Shown here piece after piece: positions 45,601-56,240 of a stretch of 64,000 nt of DNA. Numbering within the stretch: the stretch's first letter is position 1; each line of letters opens with the position of its first letter. Position numbers and translations under genes: made by a program. Origin of the DNA: Trypanosoma brucei (lineage: Eukaryota); NCBI GenBank assembly GCA_000002445.1, contig CP000071.1:2272001-2336000 (forward strand), read 5' to 3'. The notes under the pieces are model-generated. The model was given only the letters and a program-made list of their open reading frames with translations, was not told where the DNA came from and made no database searches.

Positions 45601-46413
45601 AGTCGGTTGTGGAATGGACTGCGAGTGCGTGTTGGAATTCACACCGGGTTGTGTGATATTCGGCATGATGAAGTGACGAAAGGATATGACTTTTACGGTC
45701 GTACATCGAATATGGCAGCACGGACTGAGAGCATTGCTAATGGCGGGCAGGTGCTGTTGACACGTTCGACATACCTTTCATTGAGTACTTCGGAGCGTGA
45801 GCAATTAAATGTGACTGCATTGGGTGATGTGCCATTGCGTGGTGTACCCAAACCTGTGGAGATGTACCAATTGAATGCGGTACCCGGAAGGACATTTACT
45901 ACACTGCGACTTGACCATGAGGTTGCTGATGACGAAGATACGAGTGTTTCTTGCAGTGATGGGAGTTCCATTGGTGCAGTTCTCAGTGATGCCGCTCATC
46001 AGGTTGTTGCTTTTATTGAAGCACTACTTGGTGCATTCCCTACTGCGCAGCGTAAGAAATTACTTATGCCATTTTGTAACCGATGGGGAGTTTCGTTACC
46101 TTATAATGTTTCTGATACGTGGGATGCAACCACGTGCCATAATGTTACTCGCCTGCTTGCCGCGAAGGTTGGTCGTGTTGTGGATTTTGGGACGAAGAAT
46201 ACTCATGACAGTGTACAATTCTCTGAAAGACGCTCGGGAACTTTCCCACCTGGATTGGTTGCCTCTGTTTCTGAGGAGGGTAGTTTAGCTTCAACTTCTA
46301 CCTGTATTCAATCCAGCTGCAGTGTTGTGTACATGATGAATGGGCCAGATGATGATGATACCAGCAAATATTCCCCTAGGCATTGCAATATGTGTCCATT
46401 ATTGCCAGAATAA
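42616..46413 (+). CDS. GRESAG4: receptor-type adenylate cyclase, copy 4 (variant N-terminal patch, tail type 2)
   Basis: ORF 42472..46413, ATG at 42616. Divergent block GSDVSKAIYEPVIAGFNASIEAHKGDL...KYVHHDGNVIEVGNINRIVEEDKGNMNE...FGDWETRNISSELEELKVV in the extracellular domain. Three ambiguous bases (n at 44058, 44096, 44263). Confidence 0.9.
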   Translation: MASFMRLVTPLGAAVACSHLLMVVLPLLLLIPGLCADKDCNSSSVTVRVYNLLYGSDVSKAIYEPVIAGFNASIEAHKGDLPANVCIEVKYVHHDGNVIEVGNINRIVEEDKGNMNELPIVLGPFGDWETRNISSELEELKVVAFSPFTGSSDVRVWKKNLYFLTASPVAQVLALIRYAVSQLRLQRLGFMYLKGVFYGDKEYKLTLKVMSIMGRKLCGVFELDSSTDGRASDDDFEAAWKRFAPTMPQGVIVFGSPIEDTKRFLLKFLGSNELRGAYILIPSMLQYVIKNSWMKKLAVKNFVPERVILTGLTPLANDNEYIAVRKFQTDMEKYLEKNGKLNGHNYEKGHFYDHSTDGELMVHGWITGEVLWRTLGSRELLCNRTAYMNSLYNQRRYVIDDLVIGDFGGECEGKAGQRGAACKCNQGGNVVYMKRMGTDRNLHPVKEGVVTLASSRCYTNLLQLYAPLNGIMFRLEDNPLXQRITEEYRDGASXVVGKGQLGQGDRFFLHELNSTSSATKHNMLEEVKERVVTAVFGVVDDALLSMTDMXFIDPIPLSPRLKHPGRNVLHLSPTIEQQIFVMVERVVVPNSWGSVHAIVRSSDARGIKSVLRKTFWALGGSLGAFDEVTDGESVKSLLPHSGFVLVIGLTEAYITAIAEHLDNHREVRVFVLFFDVALLYSEFVKVFKKHPQAAERLLFATSLPHWADNNTTSETVQEFHRDVGNESKWTPLALLGYATARAMESVVLQMGRVNSEELINTIFSQSVIVADDMWYGPFEDSCSNSRWSSAKDCIVNYGATHISVWSMARVLNPSVPPVSGVATPSIRYYKDGLNMTEEEFIGTIVGTILCLIALVLIVMLMRKCMRGDTRDNENAPRELTDPVTLIFTDIESSTAQWAAHPEIMPDAVATHHRLIRTLISKYGCYEVKTVGDSFMIACKSPFAATQLACDLQRCFLEHDWKTDVFDTSYREFERQRAEDDGDYVPPTGHLDPDVYSRLWNGLRVRVGIHTGLCDIRHDEVTKGYDFYGRTSNMAARTESIANGGQVLLTRSTYLSLSTSEREQLNVTALGDVPLRGVPKPVEMYQLNAVPGRTFTTLRLDHEVADDEDTSVSCSDGSSIGAVLSDAAHQVVAFIEALLGAFPTAQRKKLLMPFCNRWGVSLPYNVSDTWDATTCHNVTRLLAAKVGRVVDFGTKNTHDSVQFSERRSGTFPPGLVASVSEEGSLASTSTCIQSSCSVVYMMNGPDDDDTSKYSPRHCNMCPLLPE

Positions 46414-47169
46414 TTGGATAAGGTTCAATACATGATCTGTGCATGTTTCTTTTTAGATATTGGATGTTTTCGATAATATTCTTTTTAGGTTATATTTTCC
46501 ACTTCTATGTATGCTCAGCATCCTCCTCACATGTTGGGTGGTTTTAAAATTTTTCCTTAATTGATTAATTTTTTTTAGGGACGTTATTGACCTCTAATAA
46601 TAATAAACTTAGTGTGTTTACTTGTTTTTAATCCTTTAAGATGTGGCACGGTAGCACTCATGTTACTACTGATGCTCCGGCCCATAGTTTATGATATGTG
46701 TTCTTTTCCACCCCCGGTGAGTGGGTGTCAGGCAAAATGCACTGATATCCTCTTTTGGTGGGAATTTATAAGTTACCATGCTGGACAGTTGAGCCACCGT
46801 ATTATTAACTTCTAACGTTGCTGTTGGTACAACATATCAGTGTTGTTCACTTTGCTTTCCTTTACTATTATATTGAAATGGTTTATTGTTTTTTTCTTTT
46901 TGTGCATATATATGTATATGTGTTTCGATATACCGTCACCACTCTACCACGTTGATGGATTGGGGAATGGCTACTGATTGATTAATGCATGGTTTTTTGT
47001 CACTTTAATAACAACATTGTATTCCATGATGGCTTTCAGCAACTGACCCTTGTGTGTAATTTCCTGTTTATTTCCCTCTACTGACACAAATCTTTTTTAC
47101 TAATATCTTTTCCTTCTTTTATCACTTTCCAGGACTTGACAAGCCAAATATGTGAGGCTGGCTATTGCA

Positions 47170-47440
47170 TTCGGAAGGACATTTACTACACTGCGACTTA
47201 ACCATGAGGTTGCTGATGACGAAGATACGAGTGTTTCTTGCAGTGATGGGAGTTCCATTGGTGCAGTTCTCAGTGATGCCGCTTATCAGGCCGTTGCTTT
47301 TATTGAAGCACTACTTGGTGCATTCCCCACTGCGCAGCGTAAGAAATTATTTATGCCATTTTGTAACCGATGGGGAGTTTCGGCGCCTCGTAATGTTTCT
47401 GATACGTGGGATGCAACCACGTGCCATAATGTTACAGTTA
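47170..47440 (+). pseudogene. duplicated 3' coding fragment upstream of copy 5
   Basis: Same junction structure as the other fragments. Confidence 0.85.
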
Positions 47441-47585
47441 CTTGTGTGTAATTGAATTTCAACTGCACTCTCTTCTGCTCCCTTTCGTGCCCTTACAGTA
47501 TTGTTGTCTATTATCATTATTATCATTATTCTCTCATTTCTCTTCTTTAAGACTTACGAATTCCTCAAGTCAAGTCACCAGTGTT

Positions 47586-50500
47586 ATGGCTTCCTTCATG
47601 CGTCTTGTTACTCCACTTGGCGCTGCAGTGGCTTGCAGTCATCTCCTCATGGTTGTGTTACCGCTGCTGTTACTTATTCCTGGTTTATGTGCTGAGGAGT
47701 GTAACAGCAGTGGTAAAGTGTCAGTGAAAGTGCACAGTTTGTTGTACAGCTCTAAGATATCAAGTAAAATCTATGAACCCGTCATTGCTGGTTTCAATGC
47801 CTCGCTACATGCGCATAATGATGATTTACCGGCAAATGTGTGCATAGAGGTCGAACATGTTCATGCCAGAAGTGATGAGGATTACGTCTCATATTTAAAG
47901 AATAAAATTGATGGAGACGCTGCTGTACAAAATAAGAGTGAACTGCCCATTGTGCTGGGACCTTTTGGTGATGAGACTACTCTCCATCTCACCAGGGAAC
48001 TTGAGAAGTTTGAAATAGTGGCCTTTTCTCCCTTTACTGGATCTTCGGATGTGCGTGTGTGGAAAAAGAATCTGTACTTCCTTACGGCATCGCCTGTTGC
48101 AGAGGTGCTTGCACTAATTCGTTATGCTGTGAGTCAATTGAGGCTTCAGCGACTGGGTTTTATGTACCTGAAGGGCGTTTCTTTCGGCGATAAGGAGTAT
48201 AAGCTGACACTTAAGGTAATGTCGATTATGGGCCGTAAATTGTGCGGTGTTTTCGAATTAGACAGCTCTACTGATGGAAGGGCTTCTGATGATGATTTTG
48301 AGGCTGCATGGAAAAGGTTTGCTCCCACGATGCCACAAGGTGTAATTGTGTTTGGTTCGCCAATTGAGGATACGAAGAGGTTCCTGATGAAGTTTTTAGG
48401 GAGCAATGAATTGAGAGGTGCTTATATATTAATTCTTTCTATGCTTCAATATGTTATCAAAAACAGTTGGATGAAGGAGTTGGCCGTAAAGAATTTTGTG
48501 CCTGAGAGAGTGATACTGACGGGTCCGAGTCCACTTGCAAATGATAATGAATACATAGCGGTACAGAAGTTTCAGCCTGATATGGAGAAGTACCTGGAAA
48601 AAAGTGGAAACTTAATGGTCACAATTATGAAAAGGGTCACTTTTACCAGCACAGTACTGACGGAGAATTGATGCTGCACGGATGGATCACAGGCGAGGTC
48701 TTGTGGCGTACACTGGGAAGTCGTGAATTACTGTGCAACCGTACAACTTACATGAACTCTCTGTACAACCAGCGTCGGTATGTTATCGATGGTCTTGTGA
48801 TTGGTGATTTTGGTGGTGAATGTGAGGGGAAGGCTGGTCAGCGTGGAGCTGCATGCAAATGTAATCAAGGTGGAAATGTTGTTTACATGAAGAGGATGGG
48901 AACTGATCGGAATCTACATCCTGTGAAGGAGGGTGTAGTGACTCTCGCTTCATCACGCTGCTATACGAATCTCTTACAACTGTATGCCCCATTGAATGGT
49001 ATAATGTTTCGACTGGAAGACAATCCATTGGCGCAGCGGATTACAGAGGAATATCGCGATGGCGCCTCCCTCGTTGTTGGAAAGGGCCAATTGGGTCAAG
49101 GTGATCGCTTCTTTTTGCATGAACTGAATTCGACATCGAGTGCGACAAAGCACAACATGTTAGAGGAGGTTAAAGAGCGTGTTGTGACGGCTGTGTTCGG
49201 TGTTGTGGATGACGCGCTACTGTCGATGACAGATATGACATTTATTGATCCCATTCCTCTCAGTCCCAGGTTGAAACACCCCGGAAGGAATGTGTTGCAT
49301 TTGTCTCCAACAATTGAACAGCAGATTTTTGTAATGGTGGAGCGTGTTGTGGTTCCGAATTCCTGGGGGAGTGTGCATGCCATTGTTCGCAGTAGTGATG
49401 CACGTGGAATAAAATCTGTTCTTCGAAAGACTTTTTGGTCACTTGGTGGGTCGCTGGGTGCTTTCGACGAAGTTACCGACGGTGAAAGTGTGAAGAGTTT
49501 GTTACCGCATAGCGGTTTCGTTCTCGTTATTGGTCTAACTGAAGCTGATATTACTGCAATTGCTGAGCATCTTGACAATCACAGGGAAGTGCGTGTATTT
49601 GTGTTATTCTTCGATGTGGCACTGCTGTACAGTGAGTTTGTGAAGGTATTCAAAAAGCATCCGCAAGCTGCCGAGCGGTTACTATTCGCAACAAGCCTAC
49701 CACACTGGGCAGACAACAATACGACATCCGAGACGGTTCAGGAATTTCACAGGGACGTGGGGATTCAGAGTAAATGGACTCCACTGGCGCTGCTTGGGTA
49801 TGCGACTGCACGTGCAATGGAAAGTGTTGTGTTGCAAATGGGGCGTGTGAACTCAGAAGAGCTTATCAACACTATATTCAGTCAGTCTGTAATTGTAGCG
49901 GATGACATGTGGTATGGACCCTTTGAGGACAGTTGTTCCAATAGCCGCTGGTCATCAGCGAAAGACTGCATTGTGAATTACGGTGCGACACATATTTCCG
50001 TGTGGTCCATGGCTCGTGTGTTGAATCCTTCCGTACCTCCTGTTAGTGGAGTAGCAACACCATCAATACGTTACTACAAAGATGGATTGAATATGACTGA
50101 GGAAGAATTTATTGGCACAATTGTGGGTACCATTTTTTGTTTGATAGCACTTGTGCTGATAGTAATGCTTATGCGGAAATGTATGCGTGGGGATACTCGC
50201 GATAACGAGAACGCACCAAAAGAATTGACAGACCCCGTAACGCTAATATTCACTGACATCGAGAGCAGCACTGCGCAGTGGGCAGCACACCCTGAGCTTA
50301 TGCCTGATGCCGTTGCAACACATCACCGCCTAATTCGCACATTGATTTCCAAGTATGGATGCTATGAAGTGAAGACTGTTGGAGATTCTTTTATGATTGC
50401 ATGCAAGAGCCCTTTCGCTGCTACGCAATTAGCGTGTGACCTGCAACGATGCTTTTTAGAACATGATTGGAAGACTGATGTGTTTGATACGTCTTATCGT

Positions 50501-51139
50501 GAGTTTGAGCGGCAGCGTGCGGAAGATGATGGGGATTATGTTCCACCCACTGGCCATCTTGACCCTGATGTTTACAGTCGGTTGTGGAATGGACTGCGAG
50601 TGCGTGTTGGAATCCACGCCGGGTTGTGTGATATTCGGCATGATGAAGTGACGAAAGGATATGACTTTTACGGTCGTACATCGAATATGGCAGCACGGAC
50701 TGAGAGCATTGCTAATGGCGGGCAGGTGCTGTTGACACGTTCGACATACCTTTCATTGAGTACTTCGGAGCGTGAGCAATTAAATGTGACTGCATTGGGT
50801 GATGTGCCATTGCGTGGTGTACCCAAACCTGTGGAGATGTACCAATTGAATGCGGTACCCGGAAGGACATTTACTACACTGCGACTTGACCATGAGGTTG
50901 CTGATGACGAAGATACGAGTGTTTCTTGCAGTGATGGGAGTTCCATTGGTGCAGTTCTCAGTGATGCCGCTCATCAGGTTGTTGCTTTTATTGAAGCACT
51001 ACTTGGTGCATTCCCCACTGCGCAGCGTAAGAAATTACTTATGCCATTTTGTAACCGATGGGGAGTTTCGGCACCTTATAATGTTTCTGATACGTGGGAT
51101 GCAACCACGTGCCATAATGTTACAGTCACTTGTGTGTAA
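47586..51139 (+). pseudogene. adenylate cyclase copy 5: 1-nt frameshift near 48600-48610, and the 3' end fused directly to the next unit (native C-terminus and spacer deleted)
   Basis: The ORF track splits it into 47442..48671 and 48668..51139. At ctggaaaaaagtggaaactt one base is missing relative to ctggaaaaaaatgggaaactt in the other copies. The reading frame ends in NVTVTCV-stop at 51139 and the next gene's 5' UTR follows immediately, so this unit is about 1.26 kb shorter than the rest. The frameshift could also be a homopolymer sequencing error. Confidence 0.75.
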
Positions 51140-51273
51140 TTGAATTTCAACTGCACTCTCTTCTGCTCCCTTTCGTGCCCTTACAGTATTGTTGTCTATT
51201 ATCATTATTATCATTATTCTCTCATTTCTCTTCTTTAAGACTTACGAATTCATCAAGTCAAGTCACCAGTGTT

Positions 51274-54200
51274 ATGGCTTCCTTCATGCGTCTTGTTACT
51301 CCACTTGGCGCTGCAGTGGCTTGCAGTCATCTCCTCATGGTTGTGTTACCGCTGCTGTTACTTATTCCTGGTTTATGTGCTGATAAAGACTGTAACAGTA
51401 GCAGTGTAACGGTGAGGGTGTATAATTTGTTGTACGGCTCCGACGTATCAAAAGCAATCTATGAACCCGTCATTGCTGGTTTCAATGCCTCGCTACATGC
51501 GCATAATGATGATTTACCGGCAAATGTGTGCATAGAGGTCGAACATGTTCATGCCAGAAGTGATGAGGATTACGTCTCATATTTAAAGAATAAAATTGAT
51601 GGAGATGCTGCTGTACAAAATAAGAGTGAACTGCCCATTGTGCTGGGACCTTTTGGTGATTGGGAAACTCGTAATATTTCCTCGGAACTTGAAGAGTTGA
51701 AGGTAGTTGCCTTTTCTCCCTTTACTGGATCTTCGGATGTGCGTGTGTGGAAAAAGAATCTGTACTTCCTTACGGCATCACCTATTGCACAGGTGCTTGC
51801 ACTAATTCGTTATGCTGTGAGTCAATTGAGGCTTCAGCGACTGGGTTTTATGTACCTGAAGGGTGTGTTTTATGGCGATAAGGAGTATAAGCTGACACTT
51901 AAGGTAATGTCGATTATGGGCCGTAAATTGTGCGGTGTTTTCGAATTAGACAGCTCTACTGATGGAAGGGCTTCTGATGATGATTTTGAGGCTGCATGGA
52001 AGAGGTTTGCTCCCACGATGCCACAAGGTGTAATTGTGTTTGGTTCGCCAATTGAGGATACGAAGAGGTTCCTGTTGAAGTTTTTAGGGAGCAATGAATT
52101 GAGAGGTGCTTATATATTAATTCCTTCCATGCTTCAATATGTTATCAAAAACAGTTGGATGAAGAAGTTGGCCGTAAAGAATTTTGTGCCTGAGAGAGTG
52201 ATACTGACGGGTCTGACTCCACTTGCAAATGATAATGAATACATAGCAGTACGGAAGTTTCAGACTGATATGGAGAAGTACCTGGAAACAAATGGGAAAC
52301 TTAATGGTCACAATTATGAAAAGGGTCACTTTTACCAGCACAGTACTGACGGAGAATTGATGGTGCACGGATGGATCACAGGCGAGGTCTTGTGGCGTAC
52401 ACTGGGAAGTCGTGAATTACTGTGCAACCGTACAGCTTACATGAACTCTCTGTACAACCAGCGTCGGTATGTTATCGATGATCTTGTGATTGGTGATTTT
52501 GGTGGTGAATGTGAGGGGAAGGCTGGTCAGCGTGGAGCTGCATGCAAATGTAATCAAGGTGGAAATGTTGTTTACATGAAGAGGATGGGAACTGATCGGA
52601 ATCTACATCCTGTGAAGGAGGGTGTAGTGACTCTCGCTTCATCACGCTGCTATACGAATCTCTTACAACTGTATGCCCCATTGAATGGTATAATGTTTCG
52701 ACTAGAAGACAATCCATTGGCTCAGCGGATTACAGAGGAATATCGCGATGGCGCCTCCCTCGTTGTTGGAAAGGGCCAATTGGGTCAAGGTGATCGCTTC
52801 TTTTTGCATGAACTGAATTCGACATCGAGTGCGACAAAGCACAACATGTTAGAGGAGGTTAAAGAGCGTGTTGTGACGGCTGTGTTCGGTGTTGTGGATG
52901 ACGCGCTACTGTCGATGACAGATATGACATTTATTGATCCCATTCCTCTCAGTCCCAGGTTGAAACACCCCGGAAGGAATGTGTTGCATTTGTCTCCAAC
53001 AATTGAACAGCAGATTTTTGTAATGGTGGAGCGTGTTGTGGTTCCGAATTCCTGGGGGAGTGTGCATGCCATTGTTCGCAGTAGTGATGCACGTGGAATA
53101 AAATCTGTTCTTCGAAAGACTTTTTGGGCACTTGGTGGGTCGCTGGGTGCTTTCGACGAAGTTACCGACGGTGAAAGTGTGAAGAGTTTGTTACCGCATA
53201 GCGGTTTCGTTCTCGTTATTGGTCTAACTGAAGCTGATATTACTGCAATTGCTGAGCATCTTGACAATCACAGGGAAGTGCGTGTATTTGTGTTATTCTT
53301 CGATGTGGCACTGCTGTACAGTGAGTTTGTGAAGGTATTCAAAAAGCATCCGCAAGCTGCCGAGCGGTTACTATTCGCAACAAGCCTACCACACTGGGCA
53401 GACAACAATACGACATCCGAGACGGTTCAGGAATTTCACAGGGACGTGGGGAATGAGAGTAAATGGACTCCACTGGCGCTACTTGGGTACGCGACTGCAC
53501 GTGCAATGGAAAGTGTTGTGTTGCAAATGGGGCGTGTGAACTCAGAAGAGCTTATCAACACTATATTCAGTCAGTCTGTAATTGTAGCGGATGACATGTG
53601 GTATGGACCCTTTGAGGACAGTTGTTCCAATAGCCGCTGGTCATCAGCGAAAGACTGCATTGTGAATTACGGTGCGACACATATTTCCGTGTGGTCCATG
53701 GCTCGTGTGTTGAATCCTTCCGTACCTCCTGTTAGTGGAGTAGCAACACCATCAATACGTTACTACAAAGATGGATTGAATATGACTGAGGAAGAATTTA
53801 TTGGCACAATTGTGGGTACCATTTTGTGTTTGATAGCACTTGTGCTGATAGTAATGCTTATGCGGAAATGTATGCGTGGGGATACTCGCGATAACGAGAA
53901 CGCACCAAAAGAATTGACAGACCCCGTAACGCTAATATTCACTGACATCGAGAGCAGCACTGCGCAGTGGGCAGCACACCCTGAGCTTATGCCTGATGCC
54001 GTTGCAACACATCACCGCCTAATTCGCACATTGATTTCCAAGTATGGATGCTATGAAGTGAAGACTGTTGGAGATTCTTTTATGATTGCATGCAAGAGCC
54101 CTTTCGCTGCTACGCAATTAGCATGTGACCTGCAACGATGCTTTTTAGAACATGATTGGAAGACTGATGTGTTTGATACGTCTTATCGTGAGTTTGAGCG

Positions 54201-55068
54201 GCAGCGTGCGGAAGATGATGGGGATTATGTTCCACCCACTGGCCATCTTGACCCTGATGTTTACAGTCGGTTGTGGAATGGACTGCGAGTGCGTGTTGGA
54301 ATCCACACCGGGTTGTGTGATATTCGGCATGATGAAGTGACGAAAGGATATGACTTTTACGGTCGTACATCGAATATGGCAGCACGGGCTGAGAGCATTG
54401 CTAATGGCGGGCAGGTGCTGTTGACACGTTCGACATACCTTTCATTGAGTACTTCGGAGCGTGAGCAATTAAATGTGACTGCATTGGGTGATGTGCCATT
54501 GCGTGGTGTACCCAAACCTGTGGAGATGTACCAATTGAATGCGGTACCCGGAAGGACATTTACTACACTGCGACTTGACCGTCGAATTATTGATGAAGAT
54601 ACGAGTGTTTCTTGCAGTGATGGGAGTTCCATTGGTGCAGTTCTCAGTGATGCCGCTTATCAGGTTGTTGCTTGTGTTGAAGCACTACTTGGTGCATTCC
54701 CTACTGCGCAGCGTAAGAAATTACTTATGCCATTTTGTAACCGATGGGGAGTTTCGGCGCCTCGTAATGTTTCTGATACGTGGGATGCAACCACGTGCCG
54801 TAATGTCACTCGCCTGCTTGCCGCGAAGGTTGGTCGTGTTGTGGATTTTGGGACGAAGAATACTCATGACAGTGTACAATCCTTTGATAGACGCTCCAGC
54901 ACGTCCCGTCCCCTCTTAAATGCTGTTTCTGAGGAGTGTAGTTTAGCTTCAACTTCCTCCTGTATTCAATCCAGCTGCAGTGTTGTGTACATGATGAATG
55001 GGTCAGATGATGATACCAGCAAATGTTCCCCTAAGCATTGTAATATGTGTCCATTATTGCCAGAATAA
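51274..55068 (+). CDS. GRESAG4: receptor-type adenylate cyclase, copy 6 (mosaic N-terminal patch, tail type 2 variant)
   Basis: ORF 51130..55068, ATG at 51274. The N-terminal variable block is a patchwork of copy-4-type (GSDVSKAI; WETRNISSELEELKVV) and copy-1-type (LHAHNDD...ARSDEDYVSYLKNKIDGDAAVQNKSE) sequence. Local changes near the C-terminus (RLDRRIIDEDTS, RSSTSRPLLNAVSEECS). Confidence 0.9.
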   Translation: MASFMRLVTPLGAAVACSHLLMVVLPLLLLIPGLCADKDCNSSSVTVRVYNLLYGSDVSKAIYEPVIAGFNASLHAHNDDLPANVCIEVEHVHARSDEDYVSYLKNKIDGDAAVQNKSELPIVLGPFGDWETRNISSELEELKVVAFSPFTGSSDVRVWKKNLYFLTASPIAQVLALIRYAVSQLRLQRLGFMYLKGVFYGDKEYKLTLKVMSIMGRKLCGVFELDSSTDGRASDDDFEAAWKRFAPTMPQGVIVFGSPIEDTKRFLLKFLGSNELRGAYILIPSMLQYVIKNSWMKKLAVKNFVPERVILTGLTPLANDNEYIAVRKFQTDMEKYLETNGKLNGHNYEKGHFYQHSTDGELMVHGWITGEVLWRTLGSRELLCNRTAYMNSLYNQRRYVIDDLVIGDFGGECEGKAGQRGAACKCNQGGNVVYMKRMGTDRNLHPVKEGVVTLASSRCYTNLLQLYAPLNGIMFRLEDNPLAQRITEEYRDGASLVVGKGQLGQGDRFFLHELNSTSSATKHNMLEEVKERVVTAVFGVVDDALLSMTDMTFIDPIPLSPRLKHPGRNVLHLSPTIEQQIFVMVERVVVPNSWGSVHAIVRSSDARGIKSVLRKTFWALGGSLGAFDEVTDGESVKSLLPHSGFVLVIGLTEADITAIAEHLDNHREVRVFVLFFDVALLYSEFVKVFKKHPQAAERLLFATSLPHWADNNTTSETVQEFHRDVGNESKWTPLALLGYATARAMESVVLQMGRVNSEELINTIFSQSVIVADDMWYGPFEDSCSNSRWSSAKDCIVNYGATHISVWSMARVLNPSVPPVSGVATPSIRYYKDGLNMTEEEFIGTIVGTILCLIALVLIVMLMRKCMRGDTRDNENAPKELTDPVTLIFTDIESSTAQWAAHPELMPDAVATHHRLIRTLISKYGCYEVKTVGDSFMIACKSPFAATQLACDLQRCFLEHDWKTDVFDTSYREFERQRAEDDGDYVPPTGHLDPDVYSRLWNGLRVRVGIHTGLCDIRHDEVTKGYDFYGRTSNMAARAESIANGGQVLLTRSTYLSLSTSEREQLNVTALGDVPLRGVPKPVEMYQLNAVPGRTFTTLRLDRRIIDEDTSVSCSDGSSIGAVLSDAAYQVVACVEALLGAFPTAQRKKLLMPFCNRWGVSAPRNVSDTWDATTCRNVTRLLAAKVGRVVDFGTKNTHDSVQSFDRRSSTSRPLLNAVSEECSLASTSSCIQSSCSVVYMMNGSDDDTSKCSPKHCNMCPLLPE

Positions 55069-55824
55069 TTGGGTAAGGTTCAATACATGATCTGTGCATG
55101 TTTCTTTTTAGATTTATTGTTTTCGATAATATTCTTTTTAGGTTATATTTTCCACTTCTATGTATGCTCAGCATCCTCCTCACATGTTGGGTGGTTTTAA
55201 AAATTTTCCTTAGTTGATTAATTTTTTTTAGGGACGTTATTGACTTCTAATAATAATAAACTTAGTGTGTTTACTTGTTTTTAATCCTTTAAGATGTGGC
55301 ACGGTAGCACTCATGTTACTACTGATGCTCCGGCCCATAGTTTATGATATGTGTTCTTTTCCACCCCCGGTGAGTGGGTGTCAGGCAAAATGCACTGATA
55401 TCCTCTTTTGGTGGGAATTTATAAGTTACCATGCTGGACAGTTGAGCCACCGTATTATTAACTTCTAATGTTGCTGTTGGTACAACATATCAGTGTTGTT
55501 CACTTTGCTTTCCTTTACTATTATGTTGAAATGGTTTATTGTTTTTTTCTTTTTGTGTGCATATATATGTATATGTGTTTCGATATACCGTCACCACTCT
55601 ACCACGTTGATGGATTGGGGAATGGCTACTGATTGATTAATGCATGGTTTTTTGTCACTTTAATAACAGCATTGTATTCCATGATGGCTTTCAGCAACTG
55701 ACCCTTGTGTGTAATTTCCTGTTTATTTCCCTCTACTGACACAAATCTTTTTTACTAATATCTTTTCCTTCTTTTATCACTTTCCAGGACTTGACAAGCC
55801 AAATATGTGAGGCTGGCTATTGCA

Positions 55825-56095
55825 TTCGGAAGGACATTTACTACACTGCGACTTGACCATGAGGTTGCTGATGACGAAGATACGAGTGTTTCTTGCAGTG
55901 ATGGGAGTTCCATTGGTGCAGTTCTCAGTGATGCCGCTCATCAGGCCGTTGCTTTTATTGAAGCACTACTTGGTGCATTCCCTACTGCGCAGCGTAAGAA
56001 ATTACTTATGCCATTTTGTAACCGATGGGGAGTTTCGGCACCTTATAATGTTTCTGATACGTGGGATGCAACCACGTGCCATAATGTTACAGTCA
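55825..56095 (+). pseudogene. duplicated 3' coding fragment upstream of copy 7
   Basis: Same junction structure as the other fragments. Confidence 0.85.
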
Positions 56096-56240
56096 CTTGT
56101 GTGTAATTGAATTTCAACTGCACTCTCTTCTGCTCCCTTTCGTGCCCTTACAGTATTGTTGTCTATTATCATTATTATCATTATTCTCTCATTTCTCTTC
56201 TTTAAGACTTACGAATTCCTCAAGTCAAGTCACCAGTGTT

